Positions 1 through 8,690 of a DNA stretch of 64,000 nucleotides are shown one piece after another (within the stretch, counting starts at the first letter, position 1; each line of letters begins with the position of its first letter). The DNA is taken from assembly GCA_965214605.1 (NCBI GenBank), contig OZ243961.1:928001-992000 (forward strand), written 5' to 3'. The notes beneath the pieces were generated by a model. The model saw only the letters and a list, made by a program, of their open reading frames with translations. It was not told the DNA's origin and searched no databases. The position numbers and the translations under genes were made by a program. The stretch comes from an uncultured Candidatus Binatia bacterium (GTDB taxonomy: Bacteria > Desulfobacterota > Binatia > Bin18).

Positions 1-415
1 ACAGCAAGGGCGTGACCGTGGTCAGCTTGATGGGCAGATGACCTGTCCACAAGTCCGGCTGGAGAGACGCATGATCGAGATTGTGCTCCAGCGGATCGAA
101 ATCACCGGCAAAATCCGGGCGGTGTGAGAGGAGAGGACGCGGTGGGGAGGGGATAAAAGTATATGGATTGTGAAAGTAGTCGTGTGTCTTGGAGGTGGGT
201 GGAGCCGCTTGCAAGTGAACATTATGCGCTTCGAATCCGTCTTTCTTCTTTGTTGAAGACTCTTTATCAAAGACAACCGCCGCTCCCTCGACCAGAGCGT
301 CCTTGTCGAATTCTATTGCACTGATGTGAAAGAAGATGTCCGGCCCGCCGGCATCGTCCACAATAAATCCGAAGCCTTGATCACCGAACCATTTCTTGAT
401 CTTACCTGTTGCCAT
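1..415 (-). CDS. Cold-shock-domain / CRISPR type III-D-like Cas7 (RAMP, TIGR03986-like) fusion, 5' part; runs off window edge
   Basis: Manual translation from ATG 415: MATGKIKKWFGDQGFGFIVDDAGGPDIFFHISA (CSD RNP1/RNP2 motifs), then YFHNPYTFIP...DH...WTGHLPIKLTTVTPLL, the typical N-terminus of Cas7-insertion RAMPs. No stop before position 1. Confidence 0.8.
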   Translation of the reverse strand, partial: MATGKIKKWFGDQGFGFIVDDAGGPDIFFHISAIEFDKDALVEGAAVVFDKESSTKKKDGFEAHNVHLQAAPPTSKTHDYFHNPYTFIPSPPRPLLSHRPDFAGDFDPLEHNLDHASLQPDLWTGHLPIKLTTVTPLL

Positions 416-762
416 CCGACTACCCCCTTCGTCTGACGGAACACCCAAGGGATTTCCCTTTCTCCCCAGACCCCACCCCGCAGCCTACACGCAAACACAC
501 CGATGGGAAACATTAGCAATGTTGCCCAGACCGAGAAATCATCCCGCTCCCCGCACCAAGGAGGGGCTGAGCAGGTTGCTGAATCCGAAGCCGGTCCGGG
601 GTGGCGTCCTTTCGCCCGGAATGACTGGTGCAGCCAGTATCGGATAGCCTGTCCGGCAAAACGACGGGGAAGTGGGGAGAAACTTGTAGAAAGATAAAAA
701 CCATGCTGCTATAACGTGATCGCTGCAAGTAGACTGCCTGCTTGCGCAATGGTCAGGCGAGA

Positions 763-1141
763 GGGGGAGGCCAGCGATGCCTCACCGGCCTCCATTTGTG
801 GAAAGCCGATTGAGGGAGAGGAGCACCAGAGATAGCGACGTGCACCATCGACACCCATGAAACCATGCGGCAATTCGTGGCCACCGGTATCCCTGACAAG
901 CAGGCAGAAGTCATTGTTGCCGCCATCAGCCGCGCGGCTTCCGAGATTGTCACCAGGGCCGACCTTGCCGTTGCCGAGTTGAAAGCCGATATGCTCAAGG
1001 TGGCCATCGGGGTTGCCGTCGGTATTGTGATTGTGATTGTCAACGCCAGCCTGACGATTACCTTGATCAAATTGCTCTGAATCATCGGGGATTTTTCACA
1101 CCAGCGGGGCTTTCCATGACTACTCCCCACACGCTTCTCTG
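763..1141 (+). repeat. Duplicated segment A, copy 1 (copy 2 at 12790-13168)
   Basis: Direct alignment: diverged by scattered substitutions and small indels upstream, identical over the last ~93 nt (1049-1141 vs 13076-13168). Confidence 0.95.
865..1080 (+). CDS. Small coiled-coil/TM protein, DUF1640 (CCDC90)-like, copy 1
   Basis: GIPDKQAEVIV...VTRADL..AELKADMLK plus hydrophobic C-terminus. The paralogue's ATG is ATA here (832-834), so a downstream ATG is used. Confidence 0.6.
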   Translation: MRQFVATGIPDKQAEVIVAAISRAASEIVTRADLAVAELKADMLKVAIGVAVGIVIVIVNASLTITLIKLL

Positions 1142-2246
1142 TACCGTCGGCACCTGTCTGTTCCATTCCAACCTGTCCCGCCTCACCCGTGAGCCGCGGC
1201 CGAATTCCATCCGCGCTGCCTTGGCCCAGGCCTATGCCGAACAGGATTGGCCGGAAGTCGCGGCGCAACTGCACCACCTCCCCCCCACCGAGCGGCTGTG
1301 CGGGGCGGAGATCAACTCGGTGGCCGATCTTCTGAAACAGGACTACGTCGCCAAGGGCCGCCTGCACCTGCTGTATTCCGCTACGACGGACGGCGAACAC
1401 ATCGCCGCCGTGCTCGACGCCTACTTCGCCGCGGACGGCTGGCGGGTACAGACCCACCGGGTGGACGAATTGAGCGATCAGGACCCGAAGGCGTTTCGCA
1501 CCCGAGGGCTGCGCAACCTGGCAAAACTGTTCGGCGAGCGTGTCCGAGAGGCCGGCGCCGATTATTGCGCGATCAACGCCACCGGCGGCTATAAGGCCCA
1601 GATCGCCATTGCCGTGCTCATGGGTCAGGCGCTCGGCATTCCGGTGTATTACAAGCACGAGCGCTTCGACGCCATCATCCCGTTTCCGCCCATGCCGGTG
1701 GCGCTCGATTTTGCGCTCTGGCTGCGCGCCAGCGGCATGTTCATGGCGCTCAGCAAGCCTGACGCCTGTGAGCTGTGGGAGCAGTTCCGCGAGGATTGGG
1801 ACGAACGCTTTGAGCCGCTGATCAACCGGGTGAGGATCGGCGACAGCGATTATCTGGAACTCTCGGCGACCGGCCAGATTTTCCACGAGACCTTTCGATC
1901 CCGTTTTCAGCGGCGCAAGACCACCAGCCTGCCGCGCCCGGCCACAGCGGCTGAGAAACAGCGGCCCACTCTGGGTGATCACGGCTACGGGCAGGCGCGC
2001 GACCCCATTCTGCGGTTTCTGGAAAAACTCACCGACGAACGGCCGTACGTCCGCCTGTGCCACTCGACGTACTGGAACCCGGACCTGTCTGAAGTGAACC
2101 GGTTCCGGCGGGCGGGTGGGGAAGTCCAGGGCATCTACTCGAACGGATCCTGGTGCGTCAAGTTCAGGGTGCTCACGACAGCCGGTGAGCAGGACGACCT
2201 AGGTGTTGTCATGGCCGACCTCAACGAATGGTTGGCAGAAGCATAA
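1116..2246 (+). CDS. CRISPR-associated CARF protein, APE2256/TIGR02619 family, with C-terminal putative effector domain
   Basis: TVGTC, GAEINS, LLYSATTDG, GLRNL, INATGGYKA and VYYKHERF motifs; 376 aa intact ORF divergent from a RAMP gene. Confidence 0.85.
   Translation: MTTPHTLLCTVGTCLFHSNLSRLTREPRPNSIRAALAQAYAEQDWPEVAAQLHHLPPTERLCGAEINSVADLLKQDYVAKGRLHLLYSATTDGEHIAAVLDAYFAADGWRVQTHRVDELSDQDPKAFRTRGLRNLAKLFGERVREAGADYCAINATGGYKAQIAIAVLMGQALGIPVYYKHERFDAIIPFPPMPVALDFALWLRASGMFMALSKPDACELWEQFREDWDERFEPLINRVRIGDSDYLELSATGQIFHETFRSRFQRRKTTSLPRPATAAEKQRPTLGDHGYGQARDPILRFLEKLTDERPYVRLCHSTYWNPDLSEVNRFRRAGGEVQGIYSNGSWCVKFRVLTTAGEQDDLGVVMADLNEWLAEA
1125..1581 (+). repeat. Duplicated segment B, copy 1 (copy 2 at 16255-16711)
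   Basis: Essentially identical over ~457 nt at offset 15130; one mismatch noticed near the 3' end. Confidence 0.95.
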
Positions 2247-2259
2247 TCGGAGTGTGGCA

Positions 2260-2556
2260 ATGACAGGCGCGCGCGGTTGCCGGTGACCGTGAAAATTCCC
2301 GTAAGGCCGTCCTTGGAAAACGGCGACCGGCTGACGCGGGCGGAGTTTGAGCGACGCTACGAGGCCATGCCGGACGTGAAGAAGGCGGAACTGATCAATG
2401 GGGCGGGGTGCGTCTGGGTTCAGCCGTTCGCTTTGGGAAACACGACCAGCCCCATGTAAGGCTGCTGGTTGGGGACGTATGCCGCGTTTACCCAGGGTGT
2501 CCGCCTTGGCGACAACGCGACCGTCCGTCTGGATGCGAACACGGAACCGCAGCCAT
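2260..2556 (+). pseudogene. Uma2 (DUF820) endonuclease, frameshifted and truncated
   Basis: [30 protein letters not shown]...GDNATVRLDANTEPQP spread over several frames; ends before the catalytic core. Confidence 0.85.
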
Positions 2557-2639
2557 GTCCGGCTGCTGGCCGCCGATCAGACCGAGGGCGCAGGCCCGGA
2601 TCGCCCGTCCCATGGTCTTGGGCAAGATCGCCTCGACGG

Positions 2640-3281
2640 TGGGTTGCACCACAAACACCGTGCGCCGCAAAAGCAGACGCTGGCACGTCTGTTTCAGCGT
2701 CGAACACGAACCCGATCCGTTGCCTGCCGTGAAATGCCGAAGTCGGCATCGACATGGGCCTGGAGCACGTCGCCGCGCTCAGCACGGGCGCCCTCATACC
2801 CAACCCGCGTTGGCACGGGAAGGCGCAGAAACGCTTGCGCCGGGCACAACGCAAGGGGGCACGCCGCGTCAAGGGATCGAACGGACGGCGTAAGGCGGTT
2901 CAGGCACTCCAGCGTGTCCACAGCACGTCGCCAATCAGCGGGCTGATTTCGTGCATAAGGCGTCTCGCCAAATTGTTGACACCTACCAACTCCTTGCCGT
3001 CGAGAAACTGAACGTCGACGGCATGTCCAAGGGCAGGCTTGCCAAGTCGATATACGATGCGGGCTCGCGTTCCTTCCTGCAACAACTCGCAATCAAAGCG
3101 GCGGAAGCTGGGCGGCGAGTGGCGGAGGTGAACCCGGCCGGGACAAGCCAATACCGTCTAGGTTCGCAAGACGCTGTCTGTTCGTGTGCATCGTTGTCCT
3201 GAGTGCGGCCTTGTAGCGCCGCGCGACGTGGTGTCTGCACAGTTGCTCGGACGGAGCCTTGTGAGCGCCAACGTAGCCTGA
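2640..3281 (+). pseudogene. tnpB: IS200/IS605 TnpB remnant
   Basis: WHVCFSVE, VGIDMGLE (RuvC-I), AVEKLNV (RuvC-II), VNPAGTSQ, CPECG and RDVVSA (RuvC-III) across frameshifts; N-terminus missing. Confidence 0.9.
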
Positions 3282-3304
3282 CGCAAGGGGATACGCTGCT
3301 CCAA

Positions 3305-3336
3305 AAGCCGCCTGCTCAAGCAGGCGGAGTCGTCAC
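3305..3336 (+). mobile_element. IS200/IS605 right end (hairpin + TCAC)
   Basis: AAG-CCGCCTGCT-CA-AGCAGGCGG-AGTCG-TCAC: subterminal palindrome followed by the TCAC end motif just after tnpB. Confidence 0.8.
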
Positions 3337-3419
3337 AATCTCCCATGGTCTGCGGACGGCGACGTGTAGGGAGCCCAGAGGCAGCACTCGCCATGCTCAA
3401 AGGAATCTACAAACCGATA

Positions 3420-3455
3420 TTAGCAATATAGTCTTGCAATAATATAATTGCAAGA
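3420..3455 (+). promoter_or_regulatory. Sigma70-type promoter overlapped by a palindromic operator
   Basis: TTAGCA(3420)-17 nt-TATAAT(3443); perfect inverted repeat TCTTGCAAT-N6-ATTGCAAGA (3432-3455) upstream of an HTH gene. Confidence 0.7.
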
Positions 3456-3480
3456 TAACGTGATTTCCTGGAGGGTTTTT

Positions 3481-4587
3481 ATGGAAACGCAACGCATTGG
3501 GAGGCGAATCAAGGCATTGCGTGAGGAACGCCGCCTGTCACAGGGCGAACTTGCGCGCCTGTTCGGATTCAAGAACCGGCAAACCGTCTCGGCCATCGAA
3601 ACCGGCGCACGACGCGTCAAGGCAGAGGAACTTGTGCTCGCGGTGCAAAAGCTGGACGTGCCGCTGGACTATTTCACGGATCCCTTTCGTCTCGTTGGTG
3701 AAGGGCGCTTCTCATGGCGGCAAACCGGCATCGATGCCGAGCAGCTCAAGGCATATGAACGTCACGCCGGCAGTTGGTTGGCCGCCTTCTGTGTCCTGGC
3801 GCCGCAAGTGGGCCATGAAATGCCATTCCTGCGCCGGACGCTTGGCCTGACCCGCCGGTCGAGCTACGAGGACGCGATGCAGGCGGGCGAGCGGTTCGTC
3901 GCCGAGTTTGACCTCGGCAAGGCGCCTGCGGCGCGCCTGGGCGACATCATGCAGCGGGAACTCGGTGTCCTGGTGCTCATGGTAGATGCCTGCGAGGGGG
4001 TGTCGGGGGCCTCATGCCGGCTGCCCGACCTGGACGCGGTGCTGATTGCACGTCAGGAGGTTGAAGGTCGGCGTCATTTTGATCTCGCCCATGAACTGTT
4101 CCACTTGCTGACGTGGGACGCGCTGCCGCCGGCGTATGCGGAAGAGAGGCGGGAAACGGGCGGCAGTCGTGTGGAGCAACTTGCCAACAACTTTGCCGCC
4201 GCGGTGCTGATGCCGGAAAGCAGCGTGGATCAAGTCGATGATTGGCAACGTCTGAGCCGTGAAGAGCTGGTATCGTGTCTGAACACCCTGGCCGATGACT
4301 TATCCGTAACGTCTTCGGCGTTGAGATGGCGTCTGGTCGCACTCGATAAACTGAAGTCTGCGCAAGCCGGCGCGATCCCCGAAGCGGCGCTGCGCAACAA
4401 TGGACACGACACGCCGCGGGTTGATCCGCCTACCCTGTTCTCCAAACCGTTTATGGAAGTCATGGGCCTTGCCATCGACAAGGGCCATGTCTCGGTTCGG
4501 CGCCTGGCCGGCCTGCTTGATCTGACCCTTGAAGACCTCGCGGAACTGTTCGCAAGGCACAGCGTCGAGTATCCGGTCGACCTTTGA
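3481..4587 (+). CDS. XRE-HTH + ImmA/IrrE (M78) metallopeptidase fusion
   Basis: N-terminal HTH (LSQGELARLFG...TVSAIETG); RRHFDLAHELFH HExxH motif; ANNFAAAVLMP; GGAGG RBS before ATG 3481. Confidence 0.9.
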   Translation: METQRIGRRIKALREERRLSQGELARLFGFKNRQTVSAIETGARRVKAEELVLAVQKLDVPLDYFTDPFRLVGEGRFSWRQTGIDAEQLKAYERHAGSWLAAFCVLAPQVGHEMPFLRRTLGLTRRSSYEDAMQAGERFVAEFDLGKAPAARLGDIMQRELGVLVLMVDACEGVSGASCRLPDLDAVLIARQEVEGRRHFDLAHELFHLLTWDALPPAYAEERRETGGSRVEQLANNFAAAVLMPESSVDQVDDWQRLSREELVSCLNTLADDLSVTSSALRWRLVALDKLKSAQAGAIPEAALRNNGHDTPRVDPPTLFSKPFMEVMGLAIDKGHVSVRRLAGLLDLTLEDLAELFARHSVEYPVDL

Positions 4588-4593
4588 GACATC

Positions 4594-5107
4594 ATGGCGA
4601 AGCATCGCGGTCCCGTTTTCCTCGACACCAATGTCATTCTGGAATGTCATCGAGTGGAGGCGTGGCGTGCACTCGCAGGCGGTTATCGTCTGGAAACGGT
4701 TGCGGACTGTGTCGCCGAGACACAGTCCGGATACCAGCGCCGTCGCCCTGAGCATCAGATTGACCCATTCCGAACTGCGCGGCTCCCTCGCGGCGATTCA
4801 TTCCGTCGAAGACTGGGAGCGTGCCGAGTTGGCAGTCCTGGCGCCCGATATCGCGTTGGACAGAGGCGAGAAATCCCTTTGGGCTCACGCCCTGAACCGC
4901 AACGATCACTGGATGCTATGTGGGCCGGATAAAGCCAGCCTCCGCTTGGGTGTACGACTCGGCTTTCGCGAGCGGCTTGTGGCGTTGGAACAACTCCTCA
5001 ATGACATCGGCTATCGTCCCAGAACTTCTCTCAGAAGGAACTACACGAGAAAGTGGTTAGCGGAAACGTGTGCCGAGCTGGGTCCTTGCGGAAGGCCTGT
5101 GAACTGA
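4594..5107 (+). pseudogene. PIN-like partner protein, single frameshift near 4765
   Basis: VFLDTNV in the first frame; LDRGE and CGPDKA in the +1 frame. Confidence 0.65.
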
Positions 5108-5141
5108 GGTGCCCTCTGGAATATCAGGCAGCTTGGCGGCC

Positions 5142-5306
5142 TTAGAGGTAGGTGAGGTCGATGTCGACGAACAGCCTGGGCATGTCCCGAAGAAACAGAT
5201 TAACGGCCGTGCCACCCTTGAGCGCGAAGTCCGGCGCGCTAGCGACGGCCGGCAGACAGCGAATCAGAAGTTCGAGCTGAGCTCTGTAGGCATCGCGCGG
5301 CGCCAT
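5142..5306 (-). pseudogene. abiEii: AbiEii nucleotidyltransferase toxin, N-terminal stub
   Basis: MAPRDAYRAQLELLIRCLP...FALKGGTAVNLFLRDMPRLFVDIDLTYL then stop. Confidence 0.85.
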
Positions 5307-5314
5307 TTCTGTAT

Positions 5315-5519
5315 CTAGTCTTGCACCGGGTCGGCAACGACCAAGTCATATTTGCTGTCGAGGCGCCCTCCCGCGTGGATGACCCGGCGGCCTGGCCCGA
5401 AATCGACCTTCGATAGGCCGAGCCGGCTCAACCACGGATGATTCGAGCGCTTGGCGGCGTGCATGAACAGCCGCTTGGTCTTCACCGACGTACAGTTCTC
5501 AAGCAGCTGTTGTACGACC
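5315..5519 (-). pseudogene. abiEi: AbiEi antitoxin, C-terminal fragment
   Basis: QQLLENCTSVKTKRLF...HPWL...VDFGPGRR...GRLDSKY directly upstream of abiEii. Confidence 0.8.
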
Positions 5520-5522
5520 TAA

Positions 5523-5633
5523 TGTATCCCGACCGATGAAACCTTGCTGGGTGCGGAGGCATACAAGAAGTTCCTGGGAGAACGGCGAAAGCTGGTGAGC
5601 CGACGGCTGAATGAATTTCTCGGGATCGAGTAG
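5523..5633 (+). pseudogene. C-terminal tail of a DUF262/GmrSD-like protein
   Basis: CIPTDETLL...YKKFLGERRKLVSRRLNEFL*; no start codon or upstream part. Confidence 0.5.
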
Positions 5634-5644
5634 TCGCCTCGAGA

Positions 5645-5941
5645 TCAGAAGCCAATAAGTGCAGCGATTGTTTTGTCCGCCTCGTCCTCAGTTTCCCAGG
5701 AGCGGTAGCCCAGGCGCCCTTCGATCAACGCCGGACAGCCCTTGGTGAAATACTCGTCGGCCACTTCCGCAGGGCGACCGAAGGCGGTGAGGTCAACAAA
5801 CGTCGCCTCCTGCTTTACTTCATCGTCTTGGCGGTAGCGACGGTTGATCGCCATGCCAAAATTCGCTACGGCATGACCACTGGGTGTGTACCGCAGATCA
5901 ACGTCTTGGGTCAGAAAACCAAACAGAGCTATGCGGTTCAT
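5645..5941 (-). pseudogene. ssb: Single-stranded DNA-binding protein, C-terminally truncated
   Basis: MNRIALFGFLTQDVDLRYTPSG...IEGRLGYRSWET; the last OB-fold strand and acidic tail are absent. Confidence 0.85.
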
Positions 5942-6029
5942 AGCTATCTCCTTGGAGACGCGCCGCGGCGCCGATTGGTTGGCCGCGGAAACCAGCCGGA
6001 GGTTGGCCCCATGCGGAGCTGAGCACGTT

Positions 6030-6344
6030 CTATTGTTGACAGGAGAGAACCCCTTGCATTTGGTCGTCGAGATAAAGGGCCATCGGCGGGAGGACGCCAA
6101 AGAGAAGAAGAACACCATGGATGCCTACTGGGTGCCCGGCGTCAACAATCACGGCAACTACGGACGCTGGGCTTTCGCCGAGTTCGCTGACGTATGGGAT
6201 ATGAAGTCCGACTTCGAACTCAAGGTGGAAGAGCATTTCAACGAGATGATCCGGGCCAGGTTGGCCGTCGGCGAGACGCCCGGCGCCGGGCGCCTCGCCG
6301 ACGGCGGTTCCGACCCCGGTTCGACAGATATACCGAGCCTATGA
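6030..6344 (+). pseudogene. Type III restriction endonuclease (Res) C-terminal fragment
   Basis: PLHLVVEIKGHRREDAKEKK.TMDAYWVPGVNNHGNYGRWAFAEF. Confidence 0.8.
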
Positions 6345-7495
6345 AACCCATGAAAAACCTGTCTTTCGAAATAGAGAACCTGGGTGTCATCAAAGAAGGG
6401 CGCTTTACGCAAAAGCCGCTCACCCTATTCTGCGGTCCAAACAACAGCGGCAAAACATGGGCCATGTATTCCCTATACTACAGCCACTACCTGATGATGC
6501 GTTTCCCGTCAGCAGAGAAGAAGGATCTCTCCAACTTTAACAGCTACCTTAAGCGTGAGTTGCCTGACTTGTTCAATACCACCGCTAGCATGATGGAAAA
6601 AGCCGTATTCAAGATTGCAGACCGGCATAAGGAAGAGTTCCCGATCCTAGTAAGGGAGAAAAGAGACAAGACCAGCTTCCTTATGCCTGCGGAGCGTACC
6701 GGGTTGCACCTGTTCTACCGAGAGTTGAGCACCAAGCGAACCGCGCTGTTGCATCACGCGTCCAAGGAAAATATTGACCTCCGCGATCTTTTGTGGGATG
6801 TCATTCGTTCGCGCTACGCGGTGCCTATTGCCCACTATATCGACTGGCTGAATCAACTGGCGGATATTCAGCGCACCGCATCCGGCCAATTCCACAAGAT
6901 TGCGGAGTGGATCAAGAAGCATCTGGTTGGTGGGGGCTATCAGGTCGAGAAAAGGACCGGGGATATCCGGTTCAAACCCTATCAGAGAAAACGCGACGGC
7001 AAGCCAACCAAGCTGATGGGGCTACACATGGCCTCCAGCACCGTCAAAAGCCTGTTCGGGCTTTGGTTCTACCTGGAAAATCAAGCCAGGTACGGTGACT
7101 TATTGATGATTGATGAGCCGGAGCTGAACATTCATCCGGAGAATCAACTGAAGATGGCGCGCTTGTTGACCCGGTTGGTCAACGCGGGCCTGAACGTTGT
7201 GATCAGCACCCATAGCGACTACATGGTCAGGGAATTCAACAACCTGCTGATGTTGAGCGAAGATAGCAGTGGGTGTCTGAAAAAGAAGTACAAGTATGAG
7301 GATGAAGAAACGCTGCGCCCTGATCAGATTGGGGCCTATCTTTTTGACCATCAGACCGTAGCACCGTTTGAGATGACGGCAGAAGATGGTGTCGACGCTA
7401 CTACGTTTGATGACGTGATAACACGTTTGAACGAAGTCAACGACGGCATCTACTATGCTCTCCAGGAGCAACGGCTGGAGCGCGGTGATGATTGA
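6341..7495 (+). CDS. ABC-type (AAA_15/AAA_21-like) ATPase, putative defence component
   Basis: IENLGVI, Walker A GPNNSGKT, PAERTG, degenerate signature ASS, Walker B LLMIDEPELNIHP, STHS. Start ATG 6341 or 6350. Confidence 0.85.
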   Translation: MKPMKNLSFEIENLGVIKEGRFTQKPLTLFCGPNNSGKTWAMYSLYYSHYLMMRFPSAEKKDLSNFNSYLKRELPDLFNTTASMMEKAVFKIADRHKEEFPILVREKRDKTSFLMPAERTGLHLFYRELSTKRTALLHHASKENIDLRDLLWDVIRSRYAVPIAHYIDWLNQLADIQRTASGQFHKIAEWIKKHLVGGGYQVEKRTGDIRFKPYQRKRDGKPTKLMGLHMASSTVKSLFGLWFYLENQARYGDLLMIDEPELNIHPENQLKMARLLTRLVNAGLNVVISTHSDYMVREFNNLLMLSEDSSGCLKKKYKYEDEETLRPDQIGAYLFDHQTVAPFEMTAEDGVDATTFDDVITRLNEVNDGIYYALQEQRLERGDD

Positions 7496-8036
7496 TACAA
7501 TCGCAAAAGCAATCGATCCGCGTTATCATCTTAAGCGAAATGGAAGACAATGGTTGGTTCAGGAGAGCTCGAAACCCGTTAGCATACGGTCACCTAACAA
7601 ATGGAGCTTTGGTTTTTCACTGGATAACGATAGCTCTCCGGCGCTGGCATTTTTCAGTTCTAACGCTCCTGAAGGCTTGGCCAAAATCTGCGATGGTATG
7701 ATTGCCGTGCTGTATAAACAAAAACTGTACCTGTTTGCTATTGAAGTTAAATCAGGGCACAGGGATAGTTCTAGTAAACAGCTCCTCAATGGTCGCCTTT
7801 TCTGGCACTGGTTGATGGATCTTTGCAAACAGCATGGCTACTTGTGCAGCTCGATTGGCGTTTGCTATATCAGCCTGCTGATATGGCGTCCAAGAGAGCG
7901 GGCGCCACGAAAGGGCACGACTGTGCATTCGGGCAAGAATGACTGGAAAAGAACAGCTATTTCTGGTTTCGATGCCAGTTTTGAAGTGAAGAACCGTGAG
8001 AATATTGCCCTCATTGACCTCATAAATCAACGCTGA
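7488..8036 (+). CDS. Hypothetical protein with PD-(D/E)xK-like nuclease motif
   Basis: KICDGMIA...LFAIEVKSG...KQL; overlaps the ATPase stop; AT-richer than host genes. Confidence 0.6.
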   Translation: MIDTIAKAIDPRYHLKRNGRQWLVQESSKPVSIRSPNKWSFGFSLDNDSSPALAFFSSNAPEGLAKICDGMIAVLYKQKLYLFAIEVKSGHRDSSSKQLLNGRLFWHWLMDLCKQHGYLCSSIGVCYISLLIWRPRERAPRKGTTVHSGKNDWKRTAISGFDASFEVKNRENIALIDLINQR

Positions 8037-8094
8037 GGGAGGCTGAGCGGAAGTGCTGACTGCGTGCATCGCAGACAAGCCGGGTTCCTAACCG

Positions 8095-8690
8095 ATGGCG
8101 CGAAAAGGAAGCCAGACTAAGAAGAAAGTTGGGATGATTACGCATGACGATGCGAAACGTCGCAATATCCCAACGGCGGATACCAGTCGGTGATGCAGAA
8201 GGAGGAGCTGTCGCCCGTTCAGGTCGCCTACGAGCGCCGCAACCGCGATCTGGACCCGCAGCTCGTCTGGCGCAGCAAGGATCTGCAGGACTGGTCCGGC
8301 TTGGTGGTTCAGGCGCCGCCGCTCTACATTCAGGAGAAGGTTCATCCCAAGGCGTTAATCGACGATCTGGTGAGTCGCTCCCAGGCGGATGAACCGGAAA
8401 ACGAGAAGCAGGTCGATCTTTTTGCGGACTTCAACGGCCTGCCGGACGACAACGCCAGGACCGAGTTCTACCAGCATGACCAGAACTGGTCCAACCGCAT
8501 GATCCTCGGTGACTCCCTGCAGGTAATGGCGGCCCTGGCCGAGCGTGAAGGTCTGCGCGGGCAGGTGCAGTGCATCTACCTTGACCCGCCCTACTGCATC
8601 AAGTTCAACTCCAACTTCCAGTGGTCAACGACGAGCCGCAACGTGAAGGACGGCAAGGCCGAGCACATTACCCGGAAACCGGAGCAGGCG
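8095..8690 (+). pseudogene. Type III R-M DNA methyltransferase (Mod), 5' fragment
   Basis: RRNIPTA, DLDPQLVW, NRMILGDSLQVM, CIYLDPPY; frameshift near 8180; truncated at the IS relic. Confidence 0.85.

Noticed and set aside
416-864. CRISPR array or leader between the RAMP and CARF genes
   Set aside because: No regularly spaced repeats found; looks like a divergent promoter region.
753-2063. 436-aa minus-strand ORF, and similar long ORFs such as 53778-54917 and 12837-13787
   Set aside because: Antisense shadows of real GC-rich genes or of fused fragments; no recognisable motifs.
4755-4775. Programmed frameshift in the PIN-like gene
   Set aside because: No slippery heptamer or stimulatory structure seen; treated as a mutation or sequencing error.
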